64,000 nucleotides of DNA from an uncultured Actinomycetes bacterium (GCA_963835455.1 CAWIFT010000005.1:66402-130401); one strand, 5' to 3'; counted from the stretch's first letter, positions 55,358-64,000 are shown. A program made the numbers and translations. The notes: generated from the letters alone by a model not told the origin.

Positions 55358-56765
55358 CTAACGGACCGGGCGGGCCTTCCAGAAGTAGTTGTGAATCTCG
55401 TCCGAGGTGAACAGCTTGCGGAACGTCATCTCGACGCGGTCGCCCATCTTCAAGGTGGCCGCGTCGACATCGGTGAGCTCGACCGGCAGGCGACCGCCGC
55501 CGTCCCAGTCGACCACCGCGAACGCAACCGGCGGGCTGGGCGAGTACGCGATGCGATCGATGGTCAGCAGTGCGATCGTGCCCTGCACGTCGGCCATCGG
55601 CGCGGGCTGCATGTCGTCGACCGTGTCGCCGACGCGCGAGACGCGCGCGGGCGGCATGTGCAGCTCGCCACTGGTGCGGTCGCGTGATCCGACGAACCCG
55701 TACTTCCAGTCCTCGGTACGGCCCGACACCGACGCGGAGATGCGGTCGGGCTCGGGACGGCGGGGCGGTTCGAGGGTCGCCTCACCGCGCCAGCTGAGGA
55801 ACTTGCCGTAGGTGATGTCGGACGCGCCTTCGATCTGCGCGGCGACGGTGCGGGCCGGGGTGTACGACGCGATCGCGTCGGTCGTCTTGAACAGCATGAC
55901 GTCGGCGCCGTCGGCGAGGACGACCAGCGCGATGACCTGACCGGGTTGCGCCGACTCCAACGTGTCGGCGAGCAGCAGCGCGGCGTGCGCGCTGCCGGTG
56001 TTGCCGACGGTCGTCGAGCGGTCGTCCGCGAGCGCTTCCTTGGCGGTGCCGAGCTTGCCGCTCACGGCTCGGGCCGCGCGGGCGTGCATGCCGGTGACGA
56101 TGACCCTGCTCACCTGGTCGGGCGAGAGCTCCGCCGACTTCAGCGCGGCGTTCCACGCCTGGTCGACGAGCGGGCCGTACTTCACTTCGCCGAAGCGTTC
56201 CTCCCACGCGCGTGGAGCGGGTGGAACCCGGGGTGCGCCAGCGTTCCAGGAACTCCTCGGTGGTGCTCGCGCCGCCGAGGTACTCGGCGATGACCGGGCC
56301 GGCGGAGTCGTCGCCGATGAGCAGCGCGCCCGCGCCGTCGCCGGTTGCCGACTCGTCGCCGCTCGTCGGGAGACCCCCGCGCTGATCGGCCGTGACGACG
56401 AGCGTGGTGCCGCTGCTGGTGAGTGCGGTGCGCAGCGCGCCGACACCCGACCGCAACGCGCCGCCGAAGTCGAACGCCGACACGTCGGTGTCGAGCCGGA
56501 GCGCGGCGTGCAACGTGGACGCGTTGTTCTTGTCGAGATACGCCGGTGACGCGGTGGAGAACCAGAGCGCGCCGGGCGCGGTGCCCGCGGGCGCGCTGCG
56601 CAGCGCGAGTCGCGCCGCCTCGACGCCCATCGTCGTCGTGTCCTCGTCGTAGGACGCGACCGAACGCGTCCCCTTGCCGCCGCCGCTGCCGAACGTCTTC
56701 GCGATCTCGGCCCGCTGAAGGCGCCGGAACGGCACGTAGCCGCCGGCGCTGATGATGCCACGCAT
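55358..56765 (-). pseudogene. HMG-CoA-synthase-like (KAS III fold) domain fused to a DUF35 Zn-ribbon/OB-fold domain; one frame change near 56220
   Basis: The N-terminal MRGIISAGGYVPFRRL...YDEDTTTMGVEAARLAL...GDGAGALLIG lies in ORF 55782..56837. The remainder (AWEERFGEVKYG...GNTGSAHAALLL... then KYGFVGSRDRTSGELHMPP...IALLTIDRIAY...GDRVEMTFRKL) lies in ORF 55358..56770. Confidence 0.8.
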
Positions 56766-56812
56766 GGCATCGGAGTCTATGACGCCAACGTCAGCTCCCG
56801 TCCGGTCGGGGT

Positions 56813-56895
56813 CGTTCGGCCCGAACGCCGGCGGCACGAAGCCAAGATTCTCGGGCCCGTCGATACTCCTGGGCGGGATCCTTCGGCCCGAGAAT
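56813..56895. promoter_or_regulatory. Palindrome CGTTCGG-C-CCGAACG (56813-56827) and 11-bp inverted repeat ATTCTCGGGCC/GGCCCGAGAAT (56847-56857 / 56885-56895) in a divergent intergenic region
   Basis: Seen directly in the 193-bp spacer between the HMGCS-like/thiolase operon and the CoA-transferase gene. Confidence 0.3.
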
Positions 56896-56958
56896 TGCGT
56901 CGCGGCGACGGCGTGCGAAGTTTCGGGCCGCGCAAACCTCGCTCTCTAAGGTGACGCA

Positions 56959-58206
56959 ATGAAGCTGGGCGACGTTGCGAACGAGGGTGCACAGCAGTAC
57001 GGCAAGCCGCTCGACGGGGTGCGCGTGCTCGCGGCGGAGCAGATGCAGGCGCTGCCCTACGCCACGCAACTGCTCGCACGGCTCGGCGCGGACGTGGTGA
57101 AGGTCGAGCACCCGAAGCACGGCGAATCGGGCCGGGCATCCACGCCGGCCATGACCGATCCCGACGGCCGCAAGGTCGGCGCCACTTACCTGCGCAACAA
57201 CTTCAACAAGCGCAGCGTCGGCATCGACCTGAAGCTGCCCGAGGGCCGCGACCTCTTCCTGCAGCTCGTTTCCAAGTTCGACATCGTGGCCGAGAACTTC
57301 AAGCCGGGAACGATGGACCGCATGGGCCTGGGCTACGACGTCATCGCGCACACCGATCCCCGCGCGATCTACGTCTCGATCTCGGGCTTCGGCAACACGG
57401 TGGAGACGCCGTACCGCGACTGGCCCGCGTACGCGTCCATCGTCGAGGCGATGTCGGGCATCTACGACTACCGCCATCCCGACCGGCCGCCGGTGACGAT
57501 CCCGGTCGGCGCGCTCGGCGACATCAGCTCCGCGCTGTTCGGCGTGATCGGCATCATGGCCGCGCTGCGCCACCGCGATCACACCGGCCTGGGGCAGTAC
57601 GTCGATGTCGCGATGTTCGACGCCATGGTCGCGATGACCGACATCGTGACGAACTTCTGGTCGTTGGGCGTACGGCCCGAGCCGGGGAAGGGTCTGGAGG
57701 TCATCTGCGAGGGATTCCGCGCGTCCGACGGCTATGTCGTCGCGCAGATCGTGCGCGAGCACCAGTTCTGGAATCTCGGCGATCTCGTCGGCCGGCCGGA
57801 GTGGCGCGACGATCCGCGCTTCGCGACGCGCGCCGGTTGGGCGGCCGCGTTCGATACCGAGATCCGGCCCGCGGTCGACGCGTGGGCGTCGAAGCGCACG
57901 AAGCTCGAAGCGGCGCGGGAGCTCACCGAGGCGGGCGTGGTCGCGGGCCCGAGCAATCACGCCTCGGACGTCATCACCGACCCGCACGTCGCAGCGCGGC
58001 ACATGCTCGTCGAGATGCCGCGCACCGACGGTGTCGTCGATCCGGTCCTGGTGCCCGGCAATCCGGTGAAGCTGTCGAAGGTGAGCGAAGGCCCGGAGAC
58101 GCGCGTCCCCTGGGTCGGCGAACACACCGCCGCGGTGCTGAGCGCGGAGCTCGGTCTGAACGAGGCGGATCTCGCCGGTCTCCGCGAGCGCGGCGTCATC
58201 TCCTGA
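56959..58206 (+). CDS. Family III CoA-transferase (CaiB/BaiF)
   Basis: LDGVRVLAAEQMQALPYATQLLARLGADVVKVE start and the GLGYD block. 415 aa. Confidence 0.88.
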   Translation: MKLGDVANEGAQQYGKPLDGVRVLAAEQMQALPYATQLLARLGADVVKVEHPKHGESGRASTPAMTDPDGRKVGATYLRNNFNKRSVGIDLKLPEGRDLFLQLVSKFDIVAENFKPGTMDRMGLGYDVIAHTDPRAIYVSISGFGNTVETPYRDWPAYASIVEAMSGIYDYRHPDRPPVTIPVGALGDISSALFGVIGIMAALRHRDHTGLGQYVDVAMFDAMVAMTDIVTNFWSLGVRPEPGKGLEVICEGFRASDGYVVAQIVREHQFWNLGDLVGRPEWRDDPRFATRAGWAAAFDTEIRPAVDAWASKRTKLEAARELTEAGVVAGPSNHASDVITDPHVAARHMLVEMPRTDGVVDPVLVPGNPVKLSKVSEGPETRVPWVGEHTAAVLSAELGLNEADLAGLRERGVIS

Positions 58207-58215
58207 AGCCCGACG

Positions 58216-58875
58216 TCAGCGGTTGGCATCCGCCGCCGGTAACGGTGGGCCACCCTCCATCATCGTCCGCCCCGTCGTCGCGTCGACCAGCACGGTCGTG
58301 ATCTCGGTGAACGCGCGTGGCGGCGCGGAGGTCAGATGTCCCCACACCGTCACGACGTACATCTCGCGATCCGCGGCCCACGCGTGGACGAGCGCCCAGC
58401 TGGCGCCGCGCAACTTCCACGCATCCGCGTAACGGTCGAAGAACGCGACGTCGACGCGCGCGCAGGTGAAGCCCGGCATGTTGCGCCGTGCGGTCCCGAG
58501 CCGGCAGTCGAGTTGCGCCAACACCGTCGCGGCGATGCGAGCCCGGGAGACGTAGGGACCGCCCGTGCGGGCGAGCACGCCCGCGCCCGCGCGAACGGGG
58601 AAGGGCGCGCCCCGAGGCGGCGGGACGGGACTCTGCACGACGAGCTCGGCGGTCGTCGGCGGCGCGGTCGGAAGGATCGTCACGGCTGCGGCCCGACGAT
58701 CGCCGTTCGACCGGTGCGTGGCTGCAATGCCGCCCGCCGCCGCGGTGACCACGACGCCCAGCACCACCAACCCGATCCTCCGCCGCCGGCGTCCGCCCGG
58801 TACCCGCACTTCGTCGGCCGGGCGGTGCCGCGCCGCGGGTGGGGAGTCGCGCAGGAACGCGTATTCGTCCGGCAT
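58216..58875 (-). CDS. Membrane-anchored hypothetical protein
   Basis: The start MPDEYAFLRD lies in the 3' end of the 999-aa ORF 58216..61215. It has a basic stretch, one TM segment (IGLVVLGVVVTAAAGGIAA) and an extracytoplasmic domain of about 150 aa. Confidence 0.55.
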   Translation of the reverse strand: MPDEYAFLRDSPPAARHRPADEVRVPGGRRRRRIGLVVLGVVVTAAAGGIAATHRSNGDRRAAAVTILPTAPPTTAELVVQSPVPPPRGAPFPVRAGAGVLARTGGPYVSRARIAATVLAQLDCRLGTARRNMPGFTCARVDVAFFDRYADAWKLRGASWALVHAWAADREMYVVTVWGHLTSAPPRAFTEITTVLVDATTGRTMMEGGPPLPAADANR

Positions 58876-58962
58876 CGGCGCATCGGGCACCCCCGGATTA
58901 CACACCGGTGCCGGCGCGAGGGGTTGGCGCCCCCTCCGGGGTCGCCTCGTACAATCCGCCGC

Positions 58963-60171
58963 ATGGACTTCGATTTCTCGCCTGAGCAGCGCGCCTTCGA
59001 GCAGGAGGTCATCCGCTTCCTCGACGATCACGACGATCCCGATGTGTTCGACCTGACGAGGGAGAACATGGCCCAGATCGTCGACACGCCCAAGCGCCGC
59101 GCGTTCATGGCGTCGCTGGGCGAGCAGGGCTGGCTCGGGCTCACGTGGCCCAAGGAGTACGGCGGTTCCGAAGGGCCCGGTGTCTACGAGTACCTGCTCA
59201 ACGAGCAACTCGCGGCGCGCGGCGGCCCGCAGATCGGCAAGGGCGTCGGCATCATCGGCAAGACGCTCATCAAGGAAGCCAGTGAGCAGATGAAGCAGGA
59301 GTTCCTCCCGCAGATCCTGCGCAACGACATCGAGTTCGCCGTCGGTTACAGCGAGCCCAACGCGGGTTCCGACGCCGCGTCCATGCGGTTGAAGGCCGAG
59401 CGGGGTGAGCGCGACGGCAAGCAGGGTTGGATCCTCAACGGGCAGAAGACGTGGACGACCTCCGCGCACTTCGCGGAGTGGTACTGGCTGGGGACGCGCA
59501 CCGACCCCGACAACAAGCACATGGGCATCACGCTCATGCTGGTGCCGCTCGATCAGCCCGGGGTGACCATCAAGGGCATCTGGACGATGGGCGACGAGCG
59601 GACGAACGAGGTCTTCATCGAAGACGTGTTCGTGCCCGACGAGTACGTGGTCGGCGAGGTGAACCACGGTTTCCAGTACATCTCGCAGGCCCTCGACCTC
59701 GAGCGCTTCACGATGTTCACGTTCTCGCCGATGAAGCAGCGCCTCGACCTCTTGATCGACTACGTGAACACGGCGGTGCGCGACGGTGTCCCGTTGAAGG
59801 AAGACCCCGTCGTCCGCCAACGCATCGCGCAACTCAGCACCGAAGCCGAGGTGGCGCGCGTGCTCGGCTTGAAGGTCGTCGCCGCGTCGATGAAGGGCGA
59901 GAAGGTACCGGGCACACCGCCGCCGACCGTCGAGTCCTCGAAGTACAAGCTGTTCGCGACGGAGTTCTCGCGCCGACTGGCGAGCGCGTCGATGGACATC
60001 GGTGGGCCGGGCACGCAGCTCCGGGTTCGGGTGAACCCCGACGCGCCGATGGAAGGCCGCGCGGAGTCGACCTACCGCTACACGGTGATCGACACCATCG
60101 GCGGCGGCTCGTCGGAAGTCCAGAAGAACGTCATCGCCCGGCGCGGCCTCGGTCTCCCGAAGAACTTCTGA
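58963..60171 (+). CDS. Acyl-CoA dehydrogenase
   Basis: The start MDFDFSPEQRAFEQEV lies inside ORF 58336..60171. GYSEPNAGSDAAS, QKTWTTSAH, and the C-terminal IGGGSSEVQKNVIA. Confidence 0.9.
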   Translation: MDFDFSPEQRAFEQEVIRFLDDHDDPDVFDLTRENMAQIVDTPKRRAFMASLGEQGWLGLTWPKEYGGSEGPGVYEYLLNEQLAARGGPQIGKGVGIIGKTLIKEASEQMKQEFLPQILRNDIEFAVGYSEPNAGSDAASMRLKAERGERDGKQGWILNGQKTWTTSAHFAEWYWLGTRTDPDNKHMGITLMLVPLDQPGVTIKGIWTMGDERTNEVFIEDVFVPDEYVVGEVNHGFQYISQALDLERFTMFTFSPMKQRLDLLIDYVNTAVRDGVPLKEDPVVRQRIAQLSTEAEVARVLGLKVVAASMKGEKVPGTPPPTVESSKYKLFATEFSRRLASASMDIGGPGTQLRVRVNPDAPMEGRAESTYRYTVIDTIGGGSSEVQKNVIARRGLGLPKNF

Positions 60172-60174
60172 GCC

Positions 60175-61329
60175 GTGCTGAAGGGTGTGACCGTTCTCGA
60201 TCTCGCGTCGGTGGGTCCGGCCGCGCGCACGTCGCGTTGGCTGGCCGACTACGGCGCGCGCGTCGTGAAGATCGGTCCGCCGCCGAAGCAGTCGGGTGTC
60301 CAGATCGTGCCGCCGTTCTACGCGTACAGCGGCCACCGCGGCATGGAGCGTGTGCTGCTCGACCTGAAGTCGGACGCCGGCCGGGACGCGTTTCTCCGTC
60401 TGGTCGCGAAGGCCGACGTGGTGATCGAGAGCTTCCGCCCCGGCGTGATGGATCGGCTCGGGCTCGGCGACGCGCCGGTGCGAGCGGTGAACCCCGCGAT
60501 CGTCTACTGCTCCACCAGCGGTTACGGGCAGACCGGCCCGCGGTCGCAGTGGGCCGGGCACGACCTCAACTATCTCGCCGTCGGCGGCTACCTCGATTGC
60601 TCGGGTCGCGACGCCGACGGCGGCCCCGCACTCCCCGGCGCCACGATCGGCGACGCCGCGGGCGGCGGGATGCAGGCCGTGATCGCGATCCTCGCCGCGC
60701 TCGTGCAGCGCGCGGCCACGGGTGAGGGCGCGTACCTCGACGTCTCGGTCGCCGACGGTGTGATCGCGCTGATGTCGCTCTACGTCGACGAGTACTTCGC
60801 GACCGGTGAGGTTCCCGGTCCGCGCCACAACATCCTCACCGGTCGGTACGCGTGTTACGACGTGTACCGCTGCCGCGACGACCGGTGGATCGCGGTCGGC
60901 GCGATCGAGCCGCACTTCTACGCCAACCTGTGCCGCGCGCTCGACTGCGAGCAGTGGCTCGCGCACCAGACCGACGACGCGGTGCAGGACGCCATCCGCG
61001 CCGACTTCCGCGCCGCGATCGCCACCCGGACGCGCGACGAGTGGGTCGCGCGCCTCGGGCCCTCCGATACGTGCGTGTCGGAGGTCGCGTCGGTGCCGGA
61101 GCTCGTGCGCGACGCGCACTTGCGCGCCCGGAACGTCTTCGTGGAGGCGAGCGCGCCCGAGCAGGGGACCTTCGAGCAGGTGGGATGGGTGCTCGCGGGA
61201 ATGGACCGTGGGCAACCCGGTCCGGTCGTGCGCGCCGCGACGGTCACCGACACCGACGCACTGTTGGCCGAAGTCGGCTACTCGGCCGCGGAGATCGCGG
61301 CGCTACGCGACGAAGGAGTAGCGGCGTGA
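60175..61329 (+). CDS. Family III CoA-transferase, alpha-methylacyl-CoA-racemase-like
   Basis: LKGVTVLDLASVGPAARTSRWLADYGARVVKI, GHDLNYLA and GDAAGGG blocks. It starts 4 nt after the ACAD stop. Confidence 0.85.
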   Translation: MLKGVTVLDLASVGPAARTSRWLADYGARVVKIGPPPKQSGVQIVPPFYAYSGHRGMERVLLDLKSDAGRDAFLRLVAKADVVIESFRPGVMDRLGLGDAPVRAVNPAIVYCSTSGYGQTGPRSQWAGHDLNYLAVGGYLDCSGRDADGGPALPGATIGDAAGGGMQAVIAILAALVQRAATGEGAYLDVSVADGVIALMSLYVDEYFATGEVPGPRHNILTGRYACYDVYRCRDDRWIAVGAIEPHFYANLCRALDCEQWLAHQTDDAVQDAIRADFRAAIATRTRDEWVARLGPSDTCVSEVASVPELVRDAHLRARNVFVEASAPEQGTFEQVGWVLAGMDRGQPGPVVRAATVTDTDALLAEVGYSAAEIAALRDEGVAA

Positions 61330-61349
61330 GTGAGCGCCAGGAGCGGAAG

Positions 61350-61868
61350 ATGAGTGACAGTGATCTGCCGCCGGAGGTCGAGAAGCTGATCGGCGAGGTG
61401 CAGTACGAGGAGGCGGGGGAGTTCCCGGTCGAGCGCGGCTACATCTGGACGACGTGTTCCTCGGTGGAGAACGGCAATCCGCTGTTCTGGGACGACGCGG
61501 TCGCCGCCGAGATCACCGGCGGCCCGATCGCACCGCCCACGATGATCTCGGTGTGGTTCCGCCCGCACCAGTGGTCGCCGGGTCGCACCGAGCCCGCGGT
61601 GCCGCTGCAGGTGCACTTCGACATGAAGCGCATCTTCGACCTGCCCGAAGCGGTGATGACCGACAACACGATCGTGTTCCACGAGCCGGTGCGTCCGGGT
61701 GATCGGTTGCGCACGCGCCAGGTCCTGCGCTCCGTCAGCGAACCGAAGACGACGAAACTCGGCACCGGGCGCTTCTGGGTGATCGAGGTCGAGTACCTCA
61801 ATCAGAAAGACGAGTTGGTCGGCGTGGAGTCCTACACCGGCTTCGGGTACCGGCGAGGTGAGCGATGA
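61350..61868 (+). CDS. MaoC_dehydrat_N / FAS1-like hotdog hydratase subunit
   Basis: ATG at 61350 (an alternative GTG at 61326 overlaps the upstream stop). The sequence ERGYIWTTCSSVENGNPLFWDD...PPTMISVW matches the family. Confidence 0.8.
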   Translation: MSDSDLPPEVEKLIGEVQYEEAGEFPVERGYIWTTCSSVENGNPLFWDDAVAAEITGGPIAPPTMISVWFRPHQWSPGRTEPAVPLQVHFDMKRIFDLPEAVMTDNTIVFHEPVRPGDRLRTRQVLRSVSEPKTTKLGTGRFWVIEVEYLNQKDELVGVESYTGFGYRRGER

Positions 61869-62350
61869 CCACCACCACGAAGACGGTGATCTTCTCCGAC
61901 GTGAAGGTCGGCGACACCCTCCCCGAGCTCGCGTATCCGGTTACCGCGACGACCGTCGTGCTCGGCGCACTGGCGTCGCGCGATTGGCGCCCGATGCACC
62001 ACGACCACGATTTCGCGGTGCATCGCAACGGCACCAAGGACATCTTCTTGAACACGCCGAACCAGGCCGCGTGGTTCGAGCGGTTCCTCACCGACTGGTC
62101 GGGCCCGAAGGGCCGGCTCGGGCGCATGAAGTTCCGCATGAAGGGTTCGGTGTTCCCCGGCGACACGATGGTGCTCGCCGGCACCGTCGAGCAGGCCGAG
62201 ACCGACGACACCGGCTGCGGTTGGGTGACCGTGCTCGTGCGGCTCACCGTGAACGACGAGCTCATGACCGACTGCACCGCGCGCATCGCGCTGCCCACCA
62301 ACGACGACGACAACCCCTGGACCCGCCGCGGCGACCAGTGGAAACCGTAG
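61865..62350 (+). CDS. MaoC-family (R)-specific enoyl-CoA hydratase subunit
   Basis: ATGA overlap with the preceding gene. Contains RDWRPMHHDHDFAV (hydratase HxxxxD-type motif). 161 aa. Confidence 0.85.
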   Translation: MTTTTKTVIFSDVKVGDTLPELAYPVTATTVVLGALASRDWRPMHHDHDFAVHRNGTKDIFLNTPNQAAWFERFLTDWSGPKGRLGRMKFRMKGSVFPGDTMVLAGTVEQAETDDTGCGWVTVLVRLTVNDELMTDCTARIALPTNDDDNPWTRRGDQWKP

Positions 62351-62360
62351 GGAGCTGAAG

Positions 62361-63494
62361 ATGGATCTCGACCTCAACGAGGAGCAGGAGATGCTGCGCG
62401 AAATGGTGCGCGGCGTGTGCAGCTCGTACGCGAACCTCGAGACGGTGCGCGAGCTCGAGGACGACCCGGTCGGTTTTCCGGCCGAGTTGTGGAAGCAGAT
62501 GGCCGAGCTCGACCTCATCGGGCTCATGTTGCCCGCGGCCTACGGCGGCTCCGAGATGAGCGCGCTCGAGGGCGCGGTCGTGTACATGGAGCTCGGGCGC
62601 GCGCTCGCGCCGTCGCCGCATTTCGTGAGCGCGGTGATGGCGGCCGGCGTGTTGCTGCGGTCCGGGAGCGACGAGCAGAAGCAGTCGTGGTTGGCGCGCA
62701 TCGGCTCCGGCGACGCGATCGTCACGACCGCGTGGCTCGAACCGGGCAACGGGTTCGGAGCGCGCGGCGTGCAGACGCGCGCGACGGCCGACGGCGACGG
62801 CTACGTGCTCGACGGGGTGAAGTGGCACGTGCCGTTCGCGCAGGCCTCGAGTGCGATGGTCGTGCTGGCCCGCACCGGCGCCGCCGACACCGACGTCGAC
62901 CTCTTCCTCGTCGACACCGCGGCGGAGGGTGTGACGACGGAACAGCAGCTGACGCTCGGTTCCGACACGCAGTTCGCAGTCACACTGGCGGGCGTGCGCG
63001 TTCCGGCCTCGGCGCGCATCGGCGGTGCGCAGAGCGGCTGGGCGACGTGGAACGACGCGATGCTCGACGGGATCATCATGCTCGCGGCCCAGGCCGTGGG
63101 GGGCGCCAAGTACACGCTCGAGATCACCGTGCAGTACGCCAAGGACCGTGAGCAGTTCGACAAGCCGCTCGGCGCCTTCCAGGCGATCGCGCACTACCTC
63201 GCCGACGCGGTCACCGTGGTCGACGGTGCCGAGATGCTCGTCTACGAGGCGGCGTGGGCGCGGGCGAACGGACAGCCGGTCGACCGGCTCGCGCCGATGG
63301 CCAAGCTGTTCGCGTGCAAGACGTACCGCGACGTGACCGCCATGGCGCAGCAGGTGTTCGGCGGCGTCGGGTTCACCGTGGAGTACGACATCCAGCTGTA
63401 CTTCCGCCGGGCGAAGCAGCTGCAAATCTCGTGGTGCGACGACCGCGCGCTCGAGGAGATGGTCGCGAGCGCGATCTTCGCCGTCGACGCATGA
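62361..63494 (+). CDS. Acyl-CoA dehydrogenase
   Basis: MDLDLNEEQEMLREMVR start, YAKDREQFDKPLGAFQAIAH, and FGGVGFTVEYDIQLYFRRAK. 377 aa. Confidence 0.9.
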   Translation: MDLDLNEEQEMLREMVRGVCSSYANLETVRELEDDPVGFPAELWKQMAELDLIGLMLPAAYGGSEMSALEGAVVYMELGRALAPSPHFVSAVMAAGVLLRSGSDEQKQSWLARIGSGDAIVTTAWLEPGNGFGARGVQTRATADGDGYVLDGVKWHVPFAQASSAMVVLARTGAADTDVDLFLVDTAAEGVTTEQQLTLGSDTQFAVTLAGVRVPASARIGGAQSGWATWNDAMLDGIIMLAAQAVGGAKYTLEITVQYAKDREQFDKPLGAFQAIAHYLADAVTVVDGAEMLVYEAAWARANGQPVDRLAPMAKLFACKTYRDVTAMAQQVFGGVGFTVEYDIQLYFRRAKQLQISWCDDRALEEMVASAIFAVDA

Positions 63495-64000
63495 CGGTCC
63501 GCCGGGCCGGGATCGAGGATTCGGATGCGGTCCTCGACACGATCGCGACCGCCTTCTACAACGATCCGTTCTGGAGCTGGGTGTTCCCCGACGACACGCA
63601 GCGCGCCGCGCAGTTCGGGGTGTGGTGGAAAGTGTTCGTCGACGCGGCCTTCCGGTTCGAGAACTGGAACTGGGTGACGAACAACTGCGGCTCGATCGCC
63701 CTCTGGGCTCCGCCCGGGCACAAGGACCTGAGCGCCGAGGACGACGCGGAACTCGTGCGCCTCATCATGGAGTTCATCGACGGCGATCACCGCGACGACG
63801 TGTTCGAGACACTGGCCCGGTTCGACGGTGCGCATCCCCGTGACGTCCCGCACTACTACCTGAGCATCGTCGCGACCCACGACGACTACCGCGGTCACGG
63901 GTATGCGGAGTCGATGCTCGCCGAGAACCTGAAGCTGATCGACGCCGAGCACATGCCCGCGTATCTCGAGTCGAGCAACCCGTTGAACGTGAAGCGATAC
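63491..64000 (+). CDS. GNAT-family N-acetyltransferase, 3' end cut by window edge
   Basis: ATGA overlap with the ACAD stop. The frame is open to nt 64000 (not in the ORF track because it lacks a stop). The sequence is MTVRRAGIEDSDAVLDTIATAFYNDPFW...YYLSIVATHDDYRGHGYAESML. Confidence 0.75.
   Translation, partial: MTVRRAGIEDSDAVLDTIATAFYNDPFWSWVFPDDTQRAAQFGVWWKVFVDAAFRFENWNWVTNNCGSIALWAPPGHKDLSAEDDAELVRLIMEFIDGDHRDDVFETLARFDGAHPRDVPHYYLSIVATHDDYRGHGYAESMLAENLKLIDAEHMPAYLESSNPLNVKRY

Noticed and set aside
58216-61215. 999-aa ORF on the minus strand, the longest but one in the track
   Set aside because: Most of it is the antisense shadow of the clearly recognisable plus-strand ACAD and CoA-transferase genes. 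Its translation is Arg/Gly/His/Val-rich with low complexity, typical of out-of-frame GC-rich DNA. Only the last 219 codons (58216-58875), which have a TM segment and lie in a region without a plus-strand gene, were kept.
1-64000. Search for tRNA, rRNA, riboswitch, IS element, integrase or prophage boundaries in all intergenic spacers
   Set aside because: None of the spacers is long enough or shows cloverleaf-type nested stems, terminal inverted repeats or transposase/integrase ORFs. This was done by eye only, so a small structured RNA could have been missed.

Overview
The window is a very G+C-rich, densely coding chromosomal segment. Its gene content looks actinobacterial: an F420-type LLM oxidoreductase, a 13E12/DUF222 HNH gene, an SCO6745-like gene, mycobacterial-style lipid/steroid beta-oxidation genes, many 4-nt GTGA/ATGA start-stop overlaps, and apparently leaderless genes. 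I call about 68 protein genes. I found no rRNA, tRNA, CRISPR array, IS element or prophage.

Layout:
- 1-3.7 kb: arylsulfatase (5' cut by the window edge), DUF6325-like gene, SHOCT gene, HAD hydrolase.
- 3.7-7.5 kb, minus strand: P450, TetR, Rieske (KshA-like) oxygenase and LLM oxidoreductase operon.
- 7.5-11.2 kb: acyl-CoA dehydrogenase, methyltransferase and acyl-CoA synthetase.
- 11.2-21.2 kb: mixed small units, including an ECF sigma factor coupled to DUF2252, USP, aqpZ, rhodanese, an orphan NuoF-like flavoprotein, an unusual repeat-filled intergenic region, a Lys/Ala-rich histone-like protein, and a VOC protein.
- 21.2-27.2 kb, minus strand: a six-gene translationally coupled operon of PhyH dioxygenase, MOSC, MBL-type alkyl sulfatase, sulfotransferase, Gfo/Idh/MocA and SDR.
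- 27.2-31.3 kb: methyltransferase plus the circularly permuted ATP-grasp / alpha-E / transglutaminase triad.
- 31.3-40 kb: lipoprotein hydrolase, SCO6745-like gene, diiron oxygenase coupled to a kinase, acyl-CoA desaturase, DUF6629, saccharopine dehydrogenase.
- 40.1-41.2 kb: HNH/DUF222 gene with a LexA-type SOS box on its start codon.
- 41.4-50.2 kb: putrescine/GABA utilisation supercluster (aminotransferase, Lrp, aldehyde dehydrogenase, gabT, potADBC).
- 50.2-54.1 kb: two NTF2-like genes and a UvrD-type helicase.
- 54.1-64 kb: lipid/steroid side-chain-type cluster (thiolase, HMG-CoA-synthase-like::DUF35 fusion, two family III CoA-transferases, two ACADs, a MaoC pair) and a GNAT gene cut by the window end.

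The most striking sequence-level observation is that many otherwise recognisable genes change reading frame. About 13-15 frame changes are packed into 6.3-10.6 kb, and only about six are seen in the rest of the window. Most are explained by one extra G/C next to an identical base. All calls come from reading the six-frame translations and the DNA by eye. No database search was run, so family names are recognition-based.
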